DNA of 64,000 nucleotides from a virus: IMG/VR virus record IMGVR_UViG_3300036768_000843, positions 30,994 to 94,993 of that record; one strand, 5' to 3'. Shown piece by piece: positions 56,984 to 64,000 of this stretch (position 1 is its first letter; each line of letters starts with the position of its first letter). The notes under the pieces were generated by a model. It saw only the letters and a program-made list of their open reading frames with translations, ran no database searches and was not told where the DNA came from. The position numbers and the translations under genes were made by a program.

Positions 56984-58083
56984 TCGGAACCGATCTCAGA
57001 AGAGCTGCTGTCGAATACGCGCGGCGGGGTTGGCGCGTGATACCGCTCCACCATCTGCGCCAGGTAGGGGAGCGGCCCATCTGCGGATGCTTCAAGAGGG
57101 AAACCTGCCGGACGCCCGGCAAGCATCCCATGATCAAGAACTGGCGCGAGACAGCGTCGAGCGACCCAGCGCTGGTCGCGCAGTGGTGGCGCGTGTGGCC
57201 GAGGGCAAACATCGGGCTTTTGATGGGCGGCGGGGCACGCCTCGTCACGATCGACATCGACGGATCGACCGGACGTAGCAGCTGGGAAGCGTTCCAGAAC
57301 ACCTTCGAGCCGGTGCCTGAAACCTTGCGGCAGACGACGGGGCGCGTCGAAGGCGGCGAGCATTTTCTGTTCACGGTCGGTACTGACTTCGATCTGGACA
57401 AGATCCGCAACCGCGCCAGGATCGCGCCTGGCGTCGACGTCCGCGCCGAGGGCGGTCTGATCGTCGCCGCGCCGAGCGTCCATCCAACGGGTGTCGTGTA
57501 CGCCTGGCGCGATTTCGCGGTGCCCGTCGCGCCGCTGCCTCTTTGGCTTCTCACGATCATTGTCTCGAACCGCGCGCGGCGAATGGCCAAAGGCCCGAGC
57601 GCCGAACGCCCCACCGAAGCGCAGTTGAGAGCGGACGGTTGGCCATTGGACCGCCGTCTACAGATGGCTCGGTCTGCACTAAGCGATGCCGAGCCGGCGA
57701 TCTCGGGCCGTGGGGGTCACAAAGCTTGCCTCAAAGCCGCCATCCTACTCGTGCGAGGTTTCTGCCTGAGCAGCGACGATGCCTTCGATCTCCTATGGCA
57801 TGTCTACAACCCGATGTGCATCCCGCCATGGTCCGTCAACGAGCTGATGCACAAGATCGAGAGCGCCGAGTTCGCTGTGTCGAACGACAGCTACCCTTGG
57901 CGATTCCGCATCCCAGCTCCGGATCTGTCGCCGGCCGGCCGAACCGTACAAGCAATCTACGATGCTTGCGCGCGGGAGCTTGGCAGTGTCGAGGATCTGT
58001 GGAACGCCTCCCCTGACGATCCCGTCGAGAAGAGCCGTTCGCAGCGACGTGGCACCGTTGATCTGGATCTCGACGGTGAGTAG
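56980..58083 (+). CDS. Bifunctional primase-polymerase (Prim-Pol)
   Basis: GWRVIPL, PGKHP, ANIG, IDID, G.H, DVRA.GG.IVAAPSVH. Confidence 0.88.
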   Translation: MIGTDLRRAAVEYARRGWRVIPLHHLRQVGERPICGCFKRETCRTPGKHPMIKNWRETASSDPALVAQWWRVWPRANIGLLMGGGARLVTIDIDGSTGRSSWEAFQNTFEPVPETLRQTTGRVEGGEHFLFTVGTDFDLDKIRNRARIAPGVDVRAEGGLIVAAPSVHPTGVVYAWRDFAVPVAPLPLWLLTIIVSNRARRMAKGPSAERPTEAQLRADGWPLDRRLQMARSALSDAEPAISGRGGHKACLKAAILLVRGFCLSSDDAFDLLWHVYNPMCIPPWSVNELMHKIESAEFAVSNDSYPWRFRIPAPDLSPAGRTVQAIYDACARELGSVEDLWNASPDDPVEKSRSQRRGTVDLDLDGE

Positions 58084-58167
58084 CTCGAACAGTTTGACGT
58101 CTTCCACGGCGATCGACTTGTAACGTTGCTCTTGATTTATTGAGCGCACCAGACTAACCTCGCGGGA

Positions 58168-58485
58168 ATGTCACGCTCGAAACATCCGAAGTGCCGGCCC
58201 CCGCGCGCACACGGAACCGTACTTCGTCTGCGCGACGATGGTCGCTGGGTACGCGACAACGGCGATCCAAGCTTGGCCTTCATCGGCGAAGACCCCAACG
58301 ATCCGGATAGTGCAATGGTTTGGGTTGCTGACTGCGCCTGTACGAACTACAGCGAGTGCCCCGTCGCCGACGCACTGGCACACGCTGCGATGCAGTTTGC
58401 AACCGCGACGGTCGAGCGCCGCAAGCCGGCCCGCAAACGATCGGTCCAGCCGCGCAAGCCGAAGCGGAACCGAAGATCGAGGTGA
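58168..58485 (+). CDS. Hypothetical protein
   Basis: 105 aa ORF with basic tail. Confidence 0.45.
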   Translation: MSRSKHPKCRPPRAHGTVLRLRDDGRWVRDNGDPSLAFIGEDPNDPDSAMVWVADCACTNYSECPVADALAHAAMQFATATVERRKPARKRSVQPRKPKRNRRSR

Positions 58486-58486
58486 A

Positions 58487-58987
58487 ATGGTGTCGACTTA
58501 CCAAGGCAACGACCTCGAAGAGGCGCGGCAGTGGGTACAGCATCGCTTGCGTGACGGTGTCACGTGCCCTTGCTGTCAACAGTACTGCCGAGTGTATCGC
58601 CGCAAGCTGAACTCGACGATGGCACTCGCGCTCGTCTTGATCTACCAGTACTTCAAGGCGAACCGCAATGCAAAGTGGCTGCACGTCGCAGCTTTCCTCG
58701 TGAAAGTCAAACGCGACAGCTCGATTGCGGGCGGTGACGTCGTGAAGTTGCGCTACTGGGGACTGTTGGAGCGCGCGGTCGGCGAACGCGAAGACGGCAG
58801 CGACCGCATCGGTCGGTATCGCATCACGGATCTGGGAAAGCAATTCGTCGAGGGTCGCGTCGCGGTGCCTCGATACGTCTACCTATACAACCAGATGTTG
58901 CTGCGGCTGAGCGAGGAAATGACGACGATCCGCGAGGCGCTCGGTGATCGGTTCAGCTACGACGAGCTGATGCAAAGTCGCTCTTGA
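58487..58987 (+). CDS. Zn-ribbon / winged-helix-like protein
   Basis: CPCCQQ; KLRYWGLL...YRITDLG. Confidence 0.65.
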   Translation: MVSTYQGNDLEEARQWVQHRLRDGVTCPCCQQYCRVYRRKLNSTMALALVLIYQYFKANRNAKWLHVAAFLVKVKRDSSIAGGDVVKLRYWGLLERAVGEREDGSDRIGRYRITDLGKQFVEGRVAVPRYVYLYNQMLLRLSEEMTTIREALGDRFSYDELMQSRS

Positions 58988-58991
58988 CTTC
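58964..58991. repeat. 28-bp direct repeat, copy 1 (copy 2 at 60337-60364)
   Basis: gagctgatgcaaagtcgctcttgacttc is identical at both sites. Confidence 0.9.
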
Positions 58992-59060
58992 CGAGATGGA
59001 ACGTACGATCGATCGAGCACTCGAATGGCTCGGCGACTACGCCGACGCTTGGGAGGAGCC

Positions 59061-59720
59061 ATGATCACACCCGAACTCCTACGTTCGTGGGGGAACGAAC
59101 GGATCGTTGGTGCCTTTGGTGCATCTGCGTTGTCGCCACGTGAGATGGCAGCCAGGTCGGATATCGATCTCGACGAGCGCATGTGGGTTTTGGGTCGCGT
59201 GCTCGTTCATCTCGATGAACGTGCGGCACGCCTGTTCGCGATCGAGACAGCGCTCACTGTCGCACATCTCGCAGGCGACGAGGACGACGAGGCGATTTTC
59301 CGCGGCCTCATGAATGATTTGCTGTGCGCGGAGGATCTCGATCCTGCCGCGCGTGATGCGGCGAGGGACGCGGCGAGGGCCACGGCGAATGACATGCTGT
59401 GGAAAAGCGATGAAATGGCGGCGGCTGCCGCGTGGAATGCCGCGTATGATGCTGCAAGAGCATCATGGATCGCCGCGAGTAGTACCGCGTTGGTTGCCGC
59501 GAGGACGGCCGCGGAGGCTGCGAGGCTGGACGCCAAGACGGAGCGCTCGATCGATCATGCGCTAGGAAAGATCGGTGACGTATGGAGAGCGGCACGGGCA
59601 GCAGTTGGCGCGGCTGAGGAGATCGCCGAACGAACCGCACGGAACGCGGCGCTAGAGCGCTCGATTGCCTGCACGCTGGAGTGGCTCGGCGACTACGCCG
59701 ACGGTTGGGAGGAGCCATGA
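59061..59720 (+). CDS. Ala-rich phage protein, tandem copy 1
   Basis: GGAGGAG RBS; MITPELLRSW...EWLGDYADGWEEP. Confidence 0.8.
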   Translation: MITPELLRSWGNERIVGAFGASALSPREMAARSDIDLDERMWVLGRVLVHLDERAARLFAIETALTVAHLAGDEDDEAIFRGLMNDLLCAEDLDPAARDAARDAARATANDMLWKSDEMAAAAAWNAAYDAARASWIAASSTALVAARTAAEAARLDAKTERSIDHALGKIGDVWRAARAAVGAAEEIAERTARNAALERSIACTLEWLGDYADGWEEP

Positions 59721-60313
59721 TCACACCCGAACTCCTACGTTCGTGGGATAACGAACGGATCGTTGGTGCCTTTGGTGCATCTGCGTTGTCGCCGCGTGAG
59801 ATGGCAGCCAGGTCGGATATCGATCTCTACGCGCGTGTGTGGATGTTGGGTCGCGTGCTCGTTCATCTCGATGAACGCGCGGCACGCTTGTTCGCGATCG
59901 AGACAGCGCTCACTGTCGCGCATCTCGCAGGCGACAAGGACGACGAGGCAATTTTCCGTGGCCTCATGAATGATTTGCTGTGCGCGGAGGATCTCGATCC
60001 TGCCGCGCGTGATGCGGCGAGGGACGCGGCGAGGGACGTAGCAGCTGACGTCCTGTGGCAAACCAACGAAGCGGTGGCGGCTGCCGCGTGGGGTGCGGCG
60101 TGTGACGCTGCGGGATCCGCGTCGTGGCTCGCCGCGAGCGATACTGCGTTGACTGCCGCGAAGACAGCTGCGGAGGCTGCGATGCGGGATGCCAAGACGG
60201 ACGTGACTGCGGAGTTCGCCACGCGGGCCGCGTGGAACGCGGCGCTAAGGCGATCGATCGCCCGCGCGCTGGAGTGGCTCGGTGACTACGCCGACGGCTG
60301 GAAGGAACCGTGA
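59717..60313 (+). CDS. Ala-rich phage protein, tandem copy 2
   Basis: Near-identical N-terminal half, divergent Ala-rich middle. Confidence 0.8.
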   Translation: MITPELLRSWDNERIVGAFGASALSPREMAARSDIDLYARVWMLGRVLVHLDERAARLFAIETALTVAHLAGDKDDEAIFRGLMNDLLCAEDLDPAARDAARDAARDVAADVLWQTNEAVAAAAWGAACDAAGSASWLAASDTALTAAKTAAEAAMRDAKTDVTAEFATRAAWNAALRRSIARALEWLGDYADGWKEP

Positions 60314-60356
60314 TCGAGGCGGCTCGGTACAATCGGGAGCTGATGCAAAGTCGCTC

Positions 60357-60385
60357 TTGACTTCGTTGGCCATTCCGCATACAAA
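60357..60385 (+). promoter_or_regulatory. Putative sigma70-type promoter of the cas operon
   Basis: TTGACT-17 bp-TACAAA. Confidence 0.45.
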
Positions 60386-60396
60386 CCGTATACGAA

Positions 60397-60591
60397 ATGC
60401 CGAGGCCCAAACTATCGGCGCGGAAGCGCCGCAGTCGCACCGTGATCGTACGTGTCATGCCTGCCGAGTACCAAGCACTGGTGGCTTACGCTAAATCGCG
60501 TGAAGACACCGTCAGCGGTACCGTTCGGGCGATCCTGTCCGCCGCGTTGAGGCAGCCGGATTCCAACCACCATCGGCCAGCCGCCGAGTGA
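60397..60591 (+). CDS. Ribbon-helix-helix regulator
   Basis: VIVRVMPAEYQALVAYA....TVSGTVR pattern. Confidence 0.65.
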   Translation: MPRPKLSARKRRSRTVIVRVMPAEYQALVAYAKSREDTVSGTVRAILSAALRQPDSNHHRPAAE

Positions 60592-60597
60592 CCCTCC

Positions 60598-62493
60598 ATG
60601 AAGCGAAAAACAACCGACACACCCACGAGGGTCTTTTCGTATCGGTGCTTGCCGCCGATCACCGAGCAAGAGCGAGTCGAGGAGCAGTATCGACTCGCAA
60701 ACCAATATCGCAACGTGCTCGTCGAGATCGAACGGCGAATGCGTTCGCGTTTCCGCGACGTCGTACTGGCATGTCCGGATACGCGATGGCCGCTGCTCCA
60801 CGCGGAGGACTGCGAGGCTGCGGTGGACAATGCCTACGACGATCTGCGCGCAGCCAAGAGCGGCGGCGGCACGCCGACTGACGACGTGCTCCAGCACCTG
60901 GAGGCGTGCAAGGAGCTGCGTCGAGAGGCATGGGCAACGCTCGCCGCTGCCAAACGAGCACACGCCAATGATCTACGCCCTGGCTACGAGGCAGCACGGC
61001 AGCAGGCGCACCTCGAAGCAAAGCGCGCTCGGGGTGACTTCTCAGCCCGCGGCCTACGGCACGGTACGTACTCGCGGGTCGAAGAATCGGTGCAGCGAGC
61101 ATCGAAGATGGCCGCGCCGCCAAAGTTTCAATGCTACGACGGCACCGGATCGATCGGCACCCAGCTTACGGGCGATGCCCCGGTGCGGGGGCTCACGGTC
61201 GCCGAGCTGTATTCGTGCGAAGACACGCGGATCCGCCTCGGACGGCCCGGAGAGGCCGACAGGCACCCGCGCGCGGAGGTCGCCGGGACGACATGGGCTG
61301 ACTACTGGCGACTGCCGAAGAACGTGCGTCGCCACGCTGCTCGTACGTACGTTGACTTGCGCATTGGTAGCAACCCGGATCGAACGCCGATTTTCGCGCG
61401 GTTCCCGATCGTCTATCATCGACCGCTGCCGAACAACGCCGTGATCAAGTGGGCTTATGTCGTGCGTAGGCGGATCGGTCGGCGCTTCGAGTGGCGTCTC
61501 CAGTTCACGATCGAGGACGACACGTTCCGATCTCCGCACATCCCCGTCGGGGAGGGTGTATGCGCAATCAACTTGGGGTGGCGCAATCTGCTCGACGACG
61601 AGAAGCAGGTGTGTGGCGTGCGTGTCGGCTACCTCCTCGACGGAGACGGCCGCGAACGCGAGCTTCGCGTACCCGAACCGACGAGGATGCGGTGGACCAA
61701 ACCGTTTGACCTCGCATCGATCCGCGCCAAGGAATTCGATTTGGCAGTCGATCTTCTCTGCGGATGGATCGCGACGAACGCATCGATCGCGCCACAGTGG
61801 CTTCGCGAAGAGACTCGACACGCACGACACTGGCGCGCCGAAAAGAAGCTTGCAGCGGTCATCGACCGCTGGAAGCGCGAGCGCTTTGACGATGACGACG
61901 CGATCTTCGATCGCATGATGGCGTGGGCCAAACAAGACCGCCATCTACTACACTGGCAGGAACACCAGCGCGATCGGACCATCGCGCATCGCCGCGAGCA
62001 GTATCGTTTGTTGGCGACCGAGCTGTGCCGCACGTACAGCACGATCGTCATAGGCGAAATGGACCTGAACGATCCGCGCCTTTCAGCGCGCAAACCTGAA
62101 GAGGAAGGGGATCCTTGCGAGGGGCGCGACCAGCGTCGCACTGCTCGTATGGCTGCGCCTGGCGAATTGCGTGAAACCATCCGCCAGATCGCACACAAGT
62201 ACGGCACGCAGATCGTAGAGCCGCCCTCGTTCAATATCACACAGGCATGTCACGTCTGTGGCAGCATCGAAACCTGGAACCGACGCGCAGAGATCTGGCA
62301 CCAGTGTTCGAAGTGCAAGACTGCTTGGGATCAGGACGCCAACGCATGCCACAACCTGCTACGGACGTTTGCGGTGTCGAGCGGCGGGGCACAAGCGAAG
62401 GACGGTAAGGTGCCCGCAGCGGAGAACGCCAATGATCGTTCGGAGATGACCGATTTGAATGCCGAACGTGGAACCGAATCGGCTAGCTTGTGA
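60598..62493 (+). CDS. cas12: Compact type V CRISPR effector, Cas12m/V-U1-like, altered RuvC
   Basis: 631 aa; QYRLANQYRNVLVEIE, YHRPLP; RuvC-I AINLGWR (Asp to Asn), RuvC-II IVIGE, CHVC..CSKC, RuvC-III DQDANA; adjacent array. Confidence 0.85.
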   Translation: MKRKTTDTPTRVFSYRCLPPITEQERVEEQYRLANQYRNVLVEIERRMRSRFRDVVLACPDTRWPLLHAEDCEAAVDNAYDDLRAAKSGGGTPTDDVLQHLEACKELRREAWATLAAAKRAHANDLRPGYEAARQQAHLEAKRARGDFSARGLRHGTYSRVEESVQRASKMAAPPKFQCYDGTGSIGTQLTGDAPVRGLTVAELYSCEDTRIRLGRPGEADRHPRAEVAGTTWADYWRLPKNVRRHAARTYVDLRIGSNPDRTPIFARFPIVYHRPLPNNAVIKWAYVVRRRIGRRFEWRLQFTIEDDTFRSPHIPVGEGVCAINLGWRNLLDDEKQVCGVRVGYLLDGDGRERELRVPEPTRMRWTKPFDLASIRAKEFDLAVDLLCGWIATNASIAPQWLREETRHARHWRAEKKLAAVIDRWKRERFDDDDAIFDRMMAWAKQDRHLLHWQEHQRDRTIAHRREQYRLLATELCRTYSTIVIGEMDLNDPRLSARKPEEEGDPCEGRDQRRTARMAAPGELRETIRQIAHKYGTQIVEPPSFNITQACHVCGSIETWNRRAEIWHQCSKCKTAWDQDANACHNLLRTFAVSSGGAQAKDGKVPAAENANDRSEMTDLNAERGTESASL

Positions 62494-62553
62494 TAGAGCG
62501 CTCGAACTTGATCAGTCTAAGTGACTGCAGTGACAACTGAATTAGGTGATGCT

Positions 62554-64000
62554 GTCGTTACGCTTGCCCGATCAGCCGACGATCGGGACCTAACTCCTAG
62601 CTCGGCGAGAAGTGCGGCGGCGGGCGGTCGTTACGCTTGCCCGATCAGCCGACGATCGGGACGGTCGACCCATTTCGCCATGCGACTGAAGATTGCATCG
62701 TCGTTACGCTTGCCCGATCAGCCGACGATCGGGACCCGCTCGGCGGCGTGGCAGTCCTCGATGGGCCGACCGGGTCGTTACGCTTGCCCGATCAGCCGAC
62801 GATCGGGACCATCCGGTGCTCGATCGCCCACGTGATCGGATCGCGATGTCGTTACGCTTGCCCGATCAGCCGACGATCGGGACCGAGCCGCAATCGAGCG
62901 ATTGCTCGTCGTTATGCTTGCCCGATCAGCCGACGATCGGGACGTGGCGGATCATGTCGCGGATCGCGTCGTTACGCTTGCCCGATCAGCCGACGATCGG
63001 GACCGCGTTGCGCACCACGACCAGCCCATCCTGGTCGTCGTCGTTACGCTTGCCCGATCAGCCGACGATCGGGACTGGTTGGGAGGAGGACGCGCAGGGA
63101 CGTCTGCACGTCGTTACGCTTGCCCGATCAGCCGACGATCGGGACTGCGCCGACATCACATTTCAACGCTTGCCCGATCAGCCGACGATCGAGACATCCC
63201 GTAAAGGCCCGCCGTTACGCTTGCCCGATCAGCCGACGATCGGGACCGTTCGCACGTTGTCGCCGCGCGCCTCGTCGGCGCGTCGTTACGCTTGCCCGAT
63301 CAGCCGACGATCAGGACCGAACTCCTCGATCACTACGCCGGGATCCTGCTCGACGTCGTTACGCTTACCCAATCAGCCGACGATCGAGACAGACCATAGC
63401 CACCATGGTGTCGTTATGCTTGCTCGATCAGCCGACGATCGGGACATCGCCGCGGGTCACGACGACAACGCGCGAGCCAAGAGTCGTTACGCTTGCCCGA
63501 TCAGCCGACGATCGGGACTCTGCTGGCCGTCGCGATCGCGACTGGGTTCCGCCGGTTGTTACGCTTGCCCGATCAGCCGACGATCGGGACATGGCGGATC
63601 ATGTCGCGGATCGCGTCGTTACGCTTGCCCGATCAGCCGACGATCGGGACCGTTCGCATGTCGTCGCCGCGCGCCGTCGTTATGCTTGCCCGATCAGCCG
63701 ACGATCGGGACACCGTCGCTGTTGCCACTCCGGTTGTCGTTACGCTTGCCCGATCAGCCGACGATCGGGACAAGCCTACGTCGCCTCGCGCAGAGGGTTC
63801 CTGTCGTTATGCTGTCGTTACGCTTGCCCGATCAGCCGACGATCGGGACATGACGGATCATGCCGCGGATCGCGTCGTTACGCTTGCCCGATCAGCCGAC
63901 GATCGGGACACTCCGCACGCCGGCAAGCTCTGTTCGGAGCTGTCGTTACGCTTGCCCGATCAGTCGACGATCGGGACAGCTGTGGCCGCGCCGCGACCTG
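62554..64000 (+). CRISPR. CRISPR array, at least 22 repeats, continues past the window
   Basis: 36-bp repeat gtcgttacgcttgcccgatcagccgacgatcgggac (stem cccgatc/gatcggg); spacers mostly 15-38 bp. Confidence 0.97.

Noticed and set aside
63076-63109. Self-targeting spacer (ggttgggaggag also at about 59703)
   Set aside because: Only 12 nt match, which is expected by chance; no full protospacer was found by eye in the window

Overview
This is a GC-rich, gene-dense 64 kb segment that reads as part of a large phage or virus-like element, probably of a myxobacterium (inference from a myxobacterial-type small protein and PGK[RQ]TL-motif cargo). No rRNA or tRNA, terminase, portal or HK97 capsid gene was recognised. 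Left to right it holds: (1) small membrane-anchored proteins, two with peptidoglycan-binding-like motifs; (2) tandem repeats and an AT-rich site cluster that open a very GC-rich operon (SNF2 helicase, Ycf46-type AAA+, DUF1257/DUF2997 fusion, structured non-coding region plus retron-type reverse transcriptase, coupled unknown gene, ADP-ribosyltransferase-like gene, AcrIII-1/DUF1874-like gene); (3) a MoxR AAA / VWA-metallopeptidase pair split by a pentapeptide-repeat gene array with an orphan DNA methyltransferase inserted in one copy; (4) two tyrosine recombinases, RadC, cell-wall hydrolases, a Kelch/IPT protein, a C39 peptidase and many Arg-rich or TM-anchored proteins sharing an [L/F]G motif; (5) a replication module (Dam-like MTase, dTMP kinase, DinG, UDG-PolA with mini-intein, SSB-like, AAA_24, PD-(D/E)XK nuclease, SNF2, GATC-dense putative origin, helicase, Prim-Pol); (6) a compact Cas12m/V-U1-like effector with an altered RuvC site and a CRISPR array of at least 22 repeats that runs off the window end. 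The best candidates for undescribed biology are the retron-like RT operon, the [L/F]G-tagged protein set with its peptidase, and the probably nuclease-dead CRISPR system with trimmed, duplicated spacers. All family assignments come from motif recognition by eye, not database searches.
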